Assembly: GCF_000007185.1 (NCBI RefSeq)
Contig: NC_003551.1
Coordinates: 960,001-992,000 of the forward strand
Direction: 5' to 3'
Source: Methanopyrus kandleri AV19
GTDB taxonomy: Archaea > JAADCQ01 > Methanopyri > Methanopyrales > Methanopyraceae
Length of the DNA stretch: 32,000 nt
The number at the start of each line of letters is the position of its first letter. Positions within the stretch are counted from its first letter, which is position 1. The translations under genes were made by a program, and so were the position numbers. Positions 1 to 8,733 of this stretch are shown here, piece by piece. The notes beneath the pieces were generated by a model, which did not search any database, was not told the DNA's origin, and saw nothing but the letters and a program-made list of their open reading frames with translations.

Positions 1-126
1 TCTCTTACGCTCCTCCGCCTCTTCCTCCTCCCTCTTCTCCTTCTTCCTACCTTTCTTCCTGGGAGGAGAGGATATGAAGAAGTCGAGTTTCCTGGATTTG
101 GGGACGGGTCGAGTCACGTTCACCAC
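1..126 (-). CDS. Possible 5' end of a CDS running off the left edge of the window, with a Lys/Glu/Arg-rich N-terminus
   Basis: The minus-strand frame opens after a stop at 151-153. GTG codons lie at 126-124 and 123-121. It reads VNVTRPVPKSRKLDFFISSPPRKKGRKKEKREEEEAEERKR to the edge with no stop, and third positions are mostly G/C. Too short to assign a family. Confidence 0.25.
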   Translation of the reverse strand, partial: MVNVTRPVPKSRKLDFFISSPPRKKGRKKEKREEEEAEERKR

Positions 127-188
127 CCCTACTGACGGGTGTTCGCCCCTTTAGGAATTACCCGTTTTCGCTGCGGAGGTAGCCAGAC

Positions 189-1070
189 ATGGTGATGGTG
201 GAGAGGGTGGTACAGGCCCTTCCGGAGATGGAACCCGAGGATTTCAAGGTCCTACGAGCCCTCGAGCTGGAGATGCGCAGGCACGATTGGGTCCCGTTCG
301 ATCGACTGCTCGAACGCACCGGTCTCGACGAGAAGGAGCTAGGCTACCGTCTGTCCAGACTCGATCGTTGGGATATGGTCGTCCGAACGCGACGGCAAAC
401 GGTCGGGTATCTAGGTTACCAACTGCGTCCCGAAGGGTACGACGCCCTCGCCCTCCGGGCGCTCGTGGACCAAGGCGTGTTGGAAGGACTCGGCCCGGAG
501 ATCGGGGTGGGAAAAGAAGCTGACGTGTACTTGGGCATCTCCCCCAAGGGCGCGCAGCTGGCCGTCAAGTTCAATCGAATCGGTCGTACCAGTTACACTA
601 AGATCAAACGGTACCGTGAGTACGTGAAGGATAAGCGTCACATCTCGTGGCTTTACGTTAATAGACTCACGGCCGAGCGTGAGTTCGAGGCGCTTTTACA
701 CCTGTACCCTGAGGGCGTTTCCGTCCCCAGGCCCGTCGCTCAGAACAGACACGTACTCGTGATGGAACGCTTCGAGGGACGGGAACTCGCGGAAACTCGG
801 GTGGAAAACCCCGAGGCGGTCTTGAACCGGGTGCTCGAGGAGTACGAACACGCCCTCGAGGTCGGCGTGGTTCACGGGGACCTGAGTCAGTTCAACATAG
901 TCGTCGAGGGCGACGACGTGCTGCTCATCGACTGGGCGCACTGGGTCGAGGTATCCCACCCCTCGGCCCGTGAGCTCGTCGAACGCGACGTACGGAACGT
1001 ATGCGACTACTTCCGCCGGAAATACGGCGTTCACAGGCATCCGCGGGAGTTCTTCGAGAATTCCGGATGA
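189..1070 (+). CDS. rio2: RIO-type serine protein kinase, Rio2-like (N-terminal winged helix plus RIO kinase domain)
   Basis: 293 aa. The N-terminus (EDFKVLRALELEMRRHDWVPFDRLLERTGL...YRLSRLDRWDMV) looks like a wHTH. The kinase core has GVGKEADVY (nucleotide loop), LAVKFNR (Lys), HGDLSQFNIVV (catalytic loop) and LIDW (metal-binding D). A GGAGGT Shine-Dalgarno-like element (SD) lies at 175-180. Confidence 0.85.
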   Translation: MVMVERVVQALPEMEPEDFKVLRALELEMRRHDWVPFDRLLERTGLDEKELGYRLSRLDRWDMVVRTRRQTVGYLGYQLRPEGYDALALRALVDQGVLEGLGPEIGVGKEADVYLGISPKGAQLAVKFNRIGRTSYTKIKRYREYVKDKRHISWLYVNRLTAEREFEALLHLYPEGVSVPRPVAQNRHVLVMERFEGRELAETRVENPEAVLNRVLEEYEHALEVGVVHGDLSQFNIVVEGDDVLLIDWAHWVEVSHPSARELVERDVRNVCDYFRRKYGVHRHPREFFENSG

Positions 1071-1246
1071 GGAGGCTTACGGGGATCGAGGCGCGCCGAT
1101 GAGAGGGTGGCCCGTTACCGACGGGCCATTACACGTCGCGATGGGGGATAACGTTCCCCGATGAATTCGACAGGGTACAACACCCGGGCCACTCTCGCAA
1201 CCGTAAAAAGAGCTAGCCTGGGAAGCTCCGCCGGGGGCTCGCGCTC

Positions 1247-2146
1247 ATGCCGATCGAGATCGATATGGACTCGTGTTTGCTGTGCGAAGCGTGCGTCGCA
1301 GCGTGTCCCACGGGTGCTATCCGCCGCGAAGATGGGGACATGAACCACTGTATCGTCTGCGGCGCCTGCGTGAAGGCCTGTCCCGTCGACGCCCTGGAGC
1401 TCGAGGACCTCGAGCGTGAAGTGGACGGAGAGAAAGTGGAACTCAAAAGGATAGCTTGGAAGCCCGAGGAGTGCCACAAGGAGGATCCACCTCAGTGCGG
1501 TGAGGTGTGCCCGCAGGAGATCATGCGGATTGAAGACGGCTATCCGGAGCTCCGCGGATTCTGCGTCATGTGCCTCAAGTGCATGGAAACGTGTCCTATC
1601 GACGCAATCGGCATGAAGGGTGTCGTCGAGCCCAAGTCCGAGCCCCCAGAGCATCCCGAGGATGAGGATGTCTATGTACACCCCGAACGGTGTGTCGGGT
1701 GCACATACTGCCTCCAGGTATGTCCGACCGACGCCATCGAAATGGTGCCGACAGATGCCGAGTTCTTCAAGGCCGAGGAGAACGAGTGGTCGCCCGTTTA
1801 CGTGGACCCGGACACGATGGAGCTGAAGCAGGGCCGGAAGGTCGCCAAGATCGACCCGGAGAAGTGCACTGGATGTACACTGTGCGCCCAGGTGTGTCCG
1901 TGGGGAGCCATTACGGCAGCGCGTGACGTACCGGTTCAGTCCCGCGAAGTCAAGAACGAGATCGACGAGGACAAGTGTGTCGGATGCGGAGTCTGTGCCG
2001 AAGTCTGTCCAGGCGACCTGATCGAGGTCGACGGTGTCGCCAAGGTGCCGGAGAAGTGTCCCGCCTGTAAGCTCTGTGAGCGCGCGTGTCCCGTCGACGC
2101 CATCTCAATCAACGTCTCCTATGAGCGCTCCGGTGAGATGGAGTGA
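1247..2146 (+). CDS. Polyferredoxin (multi-[4Fe-4S] iron-sulfur protein)
   Basis: 299 aa with seven canonical CxxCxxCxxxCP motifs (CLLCEACVAACP, CIVCGACVKACP, CVMCLKCMETCP, CVGCTYCLQVCP, CTGCTLCAQVCP, CVGCGVCAEVCP, CPACKLCERACP) and one degenerate motif (CHKEDPPQCGEVCP). Confidence 0.85.
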   Translation: MPIEIDMDSCLLCEACVAACPTGAIRREDGDMNHCIVCGACVKACPVDALELEDLEREVDGEKVELKRIAWKPEECHKEDPPQCGEVCPQEIMRIEDGYPELRGFCVMCLKCMETCPIDAIGMKGVVEPKSEPPEHPEDEDVYVHPERCVGCTYCLQVCPTDAIEMVPTDAEFFKAEENEWSPVYVDPDTMELKQGRKVAKIDPEKCTGCTLCAQVCPWGAITAARDVPVQSREVKNEIDEDKCVGCGVCAEVCPGDLIEVDGVAKVPEKCPACKLCERACPVDAISINVSYERSGEME

Positions 2147-2186
2147 GTTTTTTCACCCACCCCACCCGCTCCGCCCGGGGCGAACG

Positions 2187-2981
2187 TTGCGGGTAGGGAC
2201 CTACCTGGTGGATGGCACCCCTCGTCCCGCCGTGTTTCTCGACGACGAGGTCCACGTCTACGACCTTCCCGTGCTCGAATTCATCGAAGTCGTCCACAGT
2301 GACGGGTTGGGTGATCTGGACTACTCTGTGTATCCGCTATCGGAGCTCAGAATAGGTCCCCCAGTTCCGCGGCCTCCTAAGATAATCTGCTTCGGACTCA
2401 ACTACCGTGAGCACGTCGAGGAGTTACGCGAAATGGGAATGGACGTCCCCAGTGAGCCCGTCATGACCATGAAGGCGCCCACCGCGGTAATCGGCCACCT
2501 GGATACCGTTAAGTTACCGAGGGAGGCACGCAGGGTCGATCACGAGCTCGAGCTGGCCGTGGTGATCGGAGAGCGATGTCGTAAAGTGTCTCCTGAGGAG
2601 GCTCGAGACGCCGTTCTCGGGTTCACTATCATCAACGACGTGACGGCTCGTGACATAGAGAAAAGAGAGGGCCAATGGGTCCGAGCGAAGAGCTACGACA
2701 CGTTCGCGCCTTTAGGACCGTGGATCGAAACCGAACTAGAGCCCGACGGACTCGAAATGGAGCTCCGTGTTAACGGCGAGGTGCGCCAGCGTGCTACCAC
2801 CGACGACATGGTTCGGGATCCGTACGAGCTGGTATCTTTCACGTCTAGGGTGATGACGCTCGAGCCCGGTGATATCATCGCTACGGGAACCCCGCCCGGT
2901 GTGGGTCCGATGGAACCGGACGATAAGATCGAGTTGGAAATCGAACGCATTGGCAGGCTCGTACATTACGTAGGACAGTGA
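2187..2981 (+). CDS. Fumarylacetoacetate hydrolase (FAH) family protein (2-keto-4-pentenoate hydratase / oxaloacetate decarboxylase-like)
   Basis: FAH-family pattern: IICFGLNYREH, DHELELAVVIG, IINDVTARD, KSYDTFAPLGPW, TLEPGDIIATGTPPGVG. Start uncertain. The ORF opens at 2034, but the first ~50 codons overlap the polyferredoxin 3' end out of frame. TTG 2187 (LRVGTYLVDG...) matches the usual family N-terminus. ATG 2121 is the alternative. Confidence 0.85.
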   Translation: MRVGTYLVDGTPRPAVFLDDEVHVYDLPVLEFIEVVHSDGLGDLDYSVYPLSELRIGPPVPRPPKIICFGLNYREHVEELREMGMDVPSEPVMTMKAPTAVIGHLDTVKLPREARRVDHELELAVVIGERCRKVSPEEARDAVLGFTIINDVTARDIEKREGQWVRAKSYDTFAPLGPWIETELEPDGLEMELRVNGEVRQRATTDDMVRDPYELVSFTSRVMTLEPGDIIATGTPPGVGPMEPDDKIELEIERIGRLVHYVGQ

Positions 2982-3183
2982 ATACCATAGAGACCGCGTG
3001 ACACCGTTTAGCGTCCCCACACAGTTTCTTTACGAACAGAAGAAGCTCCGGGGAGAACTCTCAAAGGTAGCCGCGAGGATCACTGTAAGGAGTATTGGTA
3101 TTATACGTAAGTCGGCAATCCGGTTATTCGTCATCGGGGTAACCTCGGTCGGGTCCGCTCGTCATCTTTGGGGGGTTGGAACC

Positions 3184-3327
3184 ATGACCCGCGAGGACAG
3201 GAGGAAGCCCCCGGGCGTAGACGAGCTCGTGACGGACGTCCTCCGATCCAAGCACTGGCTGGCAGAAGTTCCTAAGGAGATAGTACCACCGAAGCGCAAG
3301 AGACGTGCTAAGGGATTGGGGATTTAG
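3184..3327 (+). CDS. Hypothetical small basic protein (47 aa)
   Basis: ATG at 3184 follows a GGGGGG-rich SD-like element. G/C third positions dominate in the first ~26 codons, unlike the upstream part of the 2998 ORF. Product MTREDRRKPPGVDELVTDVLRSKHWLAEVPKEIVPPKRKRRAKGLGI. No family recognised. Confidence 0.3.
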   Translation: MTREDRRKPPGVDELVTDVLRSKHWLAEVPKEIVPPKRKRRAKGLGI

Positions 3328-3346
3328 TACTCACGGTAGCCGCGAC

Positions 3347-4660
3347 TCAGCGACTCAGCGGTGAAGGCTCGAGCAGTCCTAACTCCACTAAATACTCAGG
3401 TTTCGATAGGTGTCTCCGGGCTACGGGAGGTGCCTCGTACGTCACTCCTTCGACCAGCTCTCGAGGTACCTCTACTCCGATCTTCGAGTCCTCCGGAGCC
3501 CGTTCCCCACAACTGCACTTGAACCCTTTTTTCCGTCCTGCCGACTTCATCGACCTCCGACACCGTCCGCACACGGGATTGCGGACCTCTTCCACGCGCT
3601 CCAGTCTCAGCACACGGAGCTTTTCCACGTTCACCGTGCGGGGGTGTTTCGGAGTCTCCGGTCTCAGCGCACCCGCCACACGGATTTCATCGCCGGGATG
3701 TAGTGCCGCCACGACTTCGGTGAGCGGTCGGGCCGGACGAAACGCGGCGATATCTACCCTGACGCCCTCCTCGTCCTCACACCTCACCACGACGTGACCT
3801 CCCGGTATTCGCCTAGGCTCTTCAACGACCGTGAGGTCTAGGACGGGGTTGGAGTAGTCCTCGGCGTCCGCCAACCGATCCACGCGGACGAGGTGCGCAT
3901 CCGTCGCTTGGTTCGATTCGAAGATCTCGTACTCCACCACCGGCTCTCGCGTCTTGATCATATCCGGAGCGACCTCTAGGACGTCCGGTTCCACGGATCT
4001 CACTCCGTAGAGGACGGGACATGGCGTGTTGGGCGTTATGAGCACGTCGCCGTCCCTACTATCCAGATTATCGAACGTTACGGGGAACGTCCTACGGTCG
4101 AACTCTCTGATCGAACTTTCCTCCACACGCCGCTCCGTTCCCCAGTACTTCTCGGCACGGTACGCGATCCCCTCGAACGTGACCTCGTGGTCCTTCCGGA
4201 CGCGGGCGAAGCCCAGGGCCGCAACGGCACCGACGATACCGCGACCTTCTAGGACCACGTTGACGTCGTCGTCGACGCTCTCTTTCACCCTCCCGGGGTT
4301 TAAAATGCGCCGTACCGCCTCCTCGTAGACGGATTCGCAGACCCTCGGCGGCTCACCTTCGCAGACCACCAGACCCGGCCGGGTCTCCGGGTAACCCTTC
4401 CGGACTACCTTCTTAAGTGCACGTAGCACCACCGCTTCGATGTCGACGCTCCACGGTGCTTCCACCGGCAGGGCGACCGCCGCGTTACCCCTAGTCTTGA
4501 ACGGCACGTTCGGATTCAATCGAACTAACAGCGGGCGACCGACGGGTTCCGCACCGGCTTCCGCCAGCTCCGCACGGAGTAAGACGGCCGCGTGGGTGGT
4601 ACATCCCCCGGCGGGTGAGTCGGTGTCATCGAGTGCCACCCAATCCATCGAACGTTCCAC
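3347..4660 (-). CDS. tiaS: tRNA(Ile2) 2-agmatinylcytidine synthetase TiaS
   Basis: 437 aa. N-terminal DDTDSPAGGCTTH (TiaS signature DDTDS..GMCTT), RLNPNVPFKTRGN, PNTPCPVLYGVR, a C-terminal zinc ribbon CGRCRRSMKSAGRKKGFKCSCG, and ARRHLSKP. Closely resembles the Archaeoglobus TiaS sequence as I remember it. Start is ATG 4660 or ATG 4648. Confidence 0.85.
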   Translation of the reverse strand: MERSMDWVALDDTDSPAGGCTTHAAVLLRAELAEAGAEPVGRPLLVRLNPNVPFKTRGNAAVALPVEAPWSVDIEAVVLRALKKVVRKGYPETRPGLVVCEGEPPRVCESVYEEAVRRILNPGRVKESVDDDVNVVLEGRGIVGAVAALGFARVRKDHEVTFEGIAYRAEKYWGTERRVEESSIREFDRRTFPVTFDNLDSRDGDVLITPNTPCPVLYGVRSVEPDVLEVAPDMIKTREPVVEYEIFESNQATDAHLVRVDRLADAEDYSNPVLDLTVVEEPRRIPGGHVVVRCEDEEGVRVDIAAFRPARPLTEVVAALHPGDEIRVAGALRPETPKHPRTVNVEKLRVLRLERVEEVRNPVCGRCRRSMKSAGRKKGFKCSCGERAPEDSKIGVEVPRELVEGVTYEAPPVARRHLSKPEYLVELGLLEPSPLSR

Positions 4661-4674
4661 CCGGGGGTGATCAT

Positions 4675-4869
4675 GTGGTCGTCGGTCAGAAGATATTGGC
4701 GTCGGCCGTCGCCCACCTCCTGCCTTTCTTGGTGGGCGCCGTCGGGATTTACTTCATTCTCACGGCGTCGATGAAGGACGACGAGCACTTGCGCAGGTTA
4801 GGCTTCTTGATCATAGTGATCGGGGGTCCAACGTCGGTACTAGTGTCCATCGCGATAGTCGGGGGGTGA
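4675..4869 (+). CDS. Hypothetical small membrane protein (about 64 aa, two predicted TM helices)
   Basis: GTG 4675 lies just outside the tiaS start. Strong G/C third-position bias. Two hydrophobic segments (ILASAVAHLLPFLVGAVGIYFIL and LGFLIIVIGGPTSVLVSIAIV). The stop is 4 nt before the next gene. The 4615 start would overlap tiaS. Confidence 0.4.
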   Translation: MVVGQKILASAVAHLLPFLVGAVGIYFILTASMKDDEHLRRLGFLIIVIGGPTSVLVSIAIVGG

Positions 4870-4873
4870 CGGG

Positions 4874-5851
4874 GTGCGGGCCGAGCTCTGTGCGGACCTC
4901 GAGGAGGCTTTGAGGGCCGGAGGCCACGAAGTCGTCCGCATCGAAAGGGCTTGCTTCGACATCTTCGTGCGTACCCGCGATGGTCGCGCTTACATAGTAA
5001 AAGTGTTGATCAACGCCGACGGGCTGCGCCGGGAGGTAGCCGAGGAGCTCAGACGCATTTCGCACTTCTTGGAGGCCGTACCGGTGGTCGTGGCGCTTAA
5101 ACGCCACACCGGCCCGCTGGAGAAAGGCGTGGTCTACCATCGGTACGAAGTCCCCGTGCTCGACCCGCTGACGTTCGCCCGGCTCGTGGAGGGGGAGCCG
5201 CCGAAGGCCGTGGCGGACCGGGGAGGACAGTACGTCGTGATCCGTGCCGACGAGGTGGATGAACTGGACGTATCTAGGGTGCGCCGTCGCCAGCTCCGGC
5301 GTGAGGGCGGTAGGATCACACTAGCACGGGCCGAGGAGGCCGACGTCGAGGGGGTACCGGTGGAGCTCAAGACCCCGGAACACGTGGACACCGGACGCGA
5401 CCGAATGACGCGGTTCGAGCGCCGTGTAGCGGAGCTCTTGGAACGGATGGGTGCCGAACGTACGGGGAAGGTTCGCAGGGCCCCCTTCAAGCTCCTGGCT
5501 AAGGACGGCGAGACCGTGCTGGCACGGGCGGAGGAGGGGGGAGACCGGGAGTCCATAGCTCTCAGGGATGTGGCCAGTGCTACGGGGTCGATGGGTGTGA
5601 TCGTGACTCGAGAGCGTTGCAAAGACACGTACGTGCCCACGATCGACATCGGGACCCTCGAGGAGATCAAGGACCTCGAGGACCTCAAGGAGTACCTCCA
5701 AGAGCGCGATCCGGAGGAGCGTGTGAGACGGCTCGTTGAGGAGGCCGGCATAACGTCCCCGAGGGAGATAGCGCAACGCACCGGGATCCGTGAGTCGGTG
5801 ATACGAGAGTTCCTGCGCAGGATGGGGATCACCGACGAGAGAAAGGTTTAA
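4874..5851 (+). CDS. Archaeal 'putative HTH-type transcriptional regulatory protein' family member
   Basis: 325 aa. The N-terminal block ([50 protein letters not shown]...[12 protein letters not shown]...GGQYVVI) and the later block ([13 protein letters not shown]...APFKLLAK) match the conserved euryarchaeal family as I remember it. A clear HTH sits at the C-terminus ([27 protein letters not shown]). GTG start. Confidence 0.7.
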   Translation: MRAELCADLEEALRAGGHEVVRIERACFDIFVRTRDGRAYIVKVLINADGLRREVAEELRRISHFLEAVPVVVALKRHTGPLEKGVVYHRYEVPVLDPLTFARLVEGEPPKAVADRGGQYVVIRADEVDELDVSRVRRRQLRREGGRITLARAEEADVEGVPVELKTPEHVDTGRDRMTRFERRVAELLERMGAERTGKVRRAPFKLLAKDGETVLARAEEGGDRESIALRDVASATGSMGVIVTRERCKDTYVPTIDIGTLEEIKDLEDLKEYLQERDPEERVRRLVEEAGITSPREIAQRTGIRESVIREFLRRMGITDERKV

Positions 5852-5858
5852 ATATAAG
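5846..5858 (+). promoter_or_regulatory. Archaeal TATA box (TTTAAATATAA) with a purine-rich BRE-like element upstream; thermosome promoter
   Basis: The sequence GAGAGAAAGGTTTAAATATAAGTG overlaps the stop codon of the upstream gene and lies ~55-65 nt upstream of the thermosome ATG (5913). It is the best TATA match in the window, and AT-rich sequence is rare in this genome. Confidence 0.55.
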
Positions 5859-5912
5859 TGCTCATCGGTATGCGGATGGACGAAAAGAAGCCGGAAACGG
5901 GGGAGTCCGCGT

Positions 5913-7550
5913 ATGGCGATGCTAGCAGGTGATGGGAGGCAGGTTCTGATCCTGCCGGAAGGTTACCAGCGGTTCGTCGGTCGAGACGCTCAGCGGATGA
6001 ACATCATGGCCGCGCGTGTGGTAGCCGAGACAGTCAGGACCACTCTAGGTCCGATGGGCATGGACAAGATGCTGGTCGACGAGATGGGCGACGTCGTGGT
6101 GACCAACGACGGTGTAACCATCCTGGAGGAGATGGACATCGAGCACCCGGCCGCTAAGATGGTCGTGGAGGTCGCCAAGACGCAGGAGGACGAGGTCGGT
6201 GACGGTACGACCACGGCCGTCGTGCTCGCGGGTGAGCTGCTGCACAAGGCCGAGGATCTACTGCAGCAGGACATCCACCCGACCGTGATCGCACGCGGTT
6301 ACCGAATGGCCGTCGAAAAGGCCGAGGAGATCCTTGAGGAGATCGCCGAAGAGATCGACCCGGATGACGAGGAGACGCTCAAGAAGATCGCCAAGACCGC
6401 GATGACCGGTAAGGGCGTGGAGAAGGCCCGAGACTACTTGGCCGAGCTGGTCGTGAAGGCCGTCAAGCAGGTCGCCGAGGAGGAGGACGGAGAGATCGTC
6501 ATCGACACGGACCACATCAAGCTGGAGAAGAAGGAGGGTGGCGGGCTCGAGGACACCGAGCTGGTCAAGGGCATGGTGATCGACAAGGAGCGAGTGCACC
6601 CGGGTATGCCGCGCCGCGTGGAGAACGCCAAGATCGCCCTGCTGAACTGCCCGATCGAGGTCAAGGAGACCGAGACCGACGCTGAGATCAGGATCACCGA
6701 CCCGGAGCAGCTGCAGGCCTTCATCGAGGAAGAGGAGCGCATGCTGAGTGAGATGGTCGACAAGATCGCGGAGACGGGTGCGAACGTGGTCTTCTGTCAG
6801 AAGGGTATCGACGACTTGGCCCAGCACTACCTGGCGAAGAAGGGCATCCTGGCGGTACGGCGTGTTAAGAAGTCCGACATGCAGAAGCTGGCCAGGGCGA
6901 CCGGAGCCCGCATCGTGACGAACATCGACGACCTGAGCGAGGAGGACCTAGGTGAGGCCGAGGTCGTCGAGGAGAAGAAGGTCGCCGGCGACAAGATGAT
7001 CTTCGTGGAGGGTTGCAAGGACCCGAAGGCCGTGACCATCCTGATCCGCGGTGGTACCGAGCACGTGGTCGACGAGGCCGAGCGAGCCATCGAGGACGCC
7101 ATCGGAGTCGTGGCGGCGGCCCTAGAGGACGGCAAGGTGGTAGCCGGCGGTGGTGCTCCGGAGGTCGAGGTAGCCAGGCAGCTGAGGGACTTCGCGGACG
7201 GAGTGGAGGGCCGCGAGCAGCTCGCGGTCGAGGCGTTCGCCGACGCGCTGGAGATCATCCCGAGGACGCTGGCCGAGAACAGCGGACTCGACCCGATCGA
7301 CGTGCTGGTGCAGCTGCGCGCCAAGCACGAGGATGGTCAGGTGACCGCCGGTATCGACGTGTACGACGGTGACGTCAAGGACATGCTCGAGGAGGGCGTC
7401 GTCGAGCCGCTGCGAGTGAAGACCCAGGCGCTGGCGAGCGCCACCGAGGCCGCGGAGATGATCCTGCGAATCGACGACGTCATCGCCGCCAGGGAGCTGA
7501 GCAAGGAGGAAGAGGAGGAGGAAGAGGAGGGCGGTAGCAGCGAGTTCTAA
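5913..7550 (+). CDS. ths: Thermosome subunit (group II chaperonin)
   Basis: 545 aa with textbook group II chaperonin motifs: [45 protein letters not shown]. Acidic tail [14 protein letters not shown]. Confidence 0.97.
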   Translation: MAMLAGDGRQVLILPEGYQRFVGRDAQRMNIMAARVVAETVRTTLGPMGMDKMLVDEMGDVVVTNDGVTILEEMDIEHPAAKMVVEVAKTQEDEVGDGTTTAVVLAGELLHKAEDLLQQDIHPTVIARGYRMAVEKAEEILEEIAEEIDPDDEETLKKIAKTAMTGKGVEKARDYLAELVVKAVKQVAEEEDGEIVIDTDHIKLEKKEGGGLEDTELVKGMVIDKERVHPGMPRRVENAKIALLNCPIEVKETETDAEIRITDPEQLQAFIEEEERMLSEMVDKIAETGANVVFCQKGIDDLAQHYLAKKGILAVRRVKKSDMQKLARATGARIVTNIDDLSEEDLGEAEVVEEKKVAGDKMIFVEGCKDPKAVTILIRGGTEHVVDEAERAIEDAIGVVAAALEDGKVVAGGGAPEVEVARQLRDFADGVEGREQLAVEAFADALEIIPRTLAENSGLDPIDVLVQLRAKHEDGQVTAGIDVYDGDVKDMLEEGVVEPLRVKTQALASATEAAEMILRIDDVIAARELSKEEEEEEEEGGSSEF

Positions 7551-7587
7551 CGCCCCTCTCCCGAACAAACATGCCTTCGCACCAATC

Positions 7588-7610
7588 GTTTTGGATCACA
7601 TAACGTTTTC
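7588..7610 (+). terminator. Possible oligo-T termination signals downstream of the thermosome gene
   Basis: Two T4 tracts (CGTTTTGG and CGTTTTCG) sit in the 70-nt convergent gap after the thermosome stop. Archaeal RNA polymerase terminates at oligo-T. No strong hairpin. Confidence 0.3.
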
Positions 7611-7620
7611 GAGGACGCGC

Positions 7621-7887
7621 TCAGCGGAACCCCTTGGCCGCGCTCCACATTAGGAACAACATAATCAGCATCATCGCCAGTGCCAGTACTGCCACGATCA
7701 GTGCCATTTTCGGGGAGCTTCCCACAACTATCGGCACGGGACCGATCAGGATCACTCCGCCCCACTCTCCCCTACCCGAAGCGTTCTTGATCGCTAACAG
7801 GAGGATAGCCAGTGCTGTCAGAACTATGCCCACGAACGTTATCAGCACACCGGCCTTGAGGACGTCCTCGACTCGCAGGGCTATCAC
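7621..7887 (-). CDS. Small archaeal membrane protein, DUF131/TIGR00304-like
   Basis: 88 aa with three hydrophobic segments and the motif GGVILIGPVPIVVGS that I associate with DUF131. GTG start. Confidence 0.55.
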   Translation of the reverse strand: MIALRVEDVLKAGVLITFVGIVLTALAILLLAIKNASGRGEWGGVILIGPVPIVVGSSPKMALIVAVLALAMMLIMLFLMWSAAKGFR

Positions 7888-7905
7888 CCCTCGGGGGGCG
7901 CGAGT

Positions 7906-8730
7906 GTGGGGTTGTTCGAGAAGTACGTCTCCAACTTGAACCGCCTTCTGATCCTCACGATGGTGTTCGCTGTGATCTGCGCAGGATCCACCCTCGCCTT
8001 AGGGGTCAAAAAGGGCATTGATCTCAAAGGAGGTACCATGGTGATCCTGAAAACGGAGAAGGATCCCGATACGGTAACTAGCGAGGCTTCGAGGATCCTC
8101 GGCGTGTCCGACGTGGAGGCTATACGTTCCTCCCAAGGCGACGTGATCGTGCAGGTTCCTAAGTATCTGTCGGCAGATGACGTGAATAAACTCGCACGGG
8201 CCGTCGGAGGGGAGGTCGAGTCCGTCCAGACCATCGGACCGGCACTGGGCCGCGTGTTCTGGGAGAGCGTCAAAGTAGCCGTACCACTGGCGCTGGTCGC
8301 GGTCTCCATCGTCGTGTTCGCCATATTCCGGAAACCGCTGCTGAGTGCCGCCGTGCTGGGAGCGCTGGCCTTGGACCTCGTCGACGCGCTCGGACTGATG
8401 GCACTCACGGGCGTACCGCTGACCCTGGCGAGCTTCGCGGGCCTCCTTATGATCATAGGTTACGCGGTCGACAGCAACATACTCCTCTCCATGTACACCG
8501 TGAAGCGTCGCAGGGTCAGGAGGGTCGATCGGGCGATCGCGGACTCGTTTAAGACGGGTATCACCATGGTAGCCACGACCACCGCGGCCGCATGCGCGCT
8601 GTTCTTGCTATCCATGTCGGAAGCCATGTTCGAAATCGCCGCCGTCGTGATCTTCGGGCTAATCGCGGACGTCCTTAACACGTGGATCTTCAACGCTTGG
8701 GTCATCCGCGAGAAGATCGCGGGGAGGTGA
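7906..8730 (+). CDS. secF: Protein-export membrane protein SecF
   Basis: 274 aa. N-terminal TM helix, then GIDLKGGTMV, a small extracytoplasmic domain, and a C-terminal 5-TM bundle (LLMIIGYAVDSNILL). Follows the archaeal secF-secD gene order. Confidence 0.85.
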   Translation: MGLFEKYVSNLNRLLILTMVFAVICAGSTLALGVKKGIDLKGGTMVILKTEKDPDTVTSEASRILGVSDVEAIRSSQGDVIVQVPKYLSADDVNKLARAVGGEVESVQTIGPALGRVFWESVKVAVPLALVAVSIVVFAIFRKPLLSAAVLGALALDLVDALGLMALTGVPLTLASFAGLLMIIGYAVDSNILLSMYTVKRRRVRRVDRAIADSFKTGITMVATTTAAACALFLLSMSEAMFEIAAVVIFGLIADVLNTWIFNAWVIREKIAGR

Positions 8731-8733
8731 TCT

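Noticed and set aside
1-60. A polypyrimidine CT-rich tract at the left edge, considered as a microsatellite or regulatory low-complexity element.
   Set aside because: On the minus strand it reads in frame as a Lys/Glu/Arg-rich peptide continuing an ORF that starts at about 121-126. This is more simply explained as coding low complexity.
1096-1175. Three CGATG(A/G) elements and two hairpins (TGGCCCGT-TACCG-ACGGGCCA at 1108-1128, GGGGA-TAACGT-TCCCC at 1144-1159) in the rio2-polyferredoxin gap. I considered a C/D box sRNA.
   Set aside because: There is no proper C box (RUGAUGA) paired with a D box (CUGA) at the expected spacing, and no terminal stem. The 8-bp hairpin may simply be a 3'-end structure of the rio2 transcript. 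Not enough evidence to call an RNA gene.
2034-2186. The 5' extension of the FAH-family ORF, which overlaps the polyferredoxin 3' end.
   Set aside because: The extension translates to Ser/Pro/Arg-rich sequence with no family similarity and overlaps a well-supported gene out of frame. The family-typical N-terminus begins at TTG 2187.
2998-3183. The upstream two-thirds of the 109-aa ORF 2998-3327.
   Set aside because: Third-position composition is mixed and non-coding-like, and the region contains the AT-rich promoter-like element. Only the part from ATG 3184 looks coding.
7497-7547. A GAG/GAA-rich run at the thermosome 3' end.
   Set aside because: It encodes the acidic C-terminal tail ([14 protein letters not shown]). 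Flexible tails are normal in group II chaperonins.
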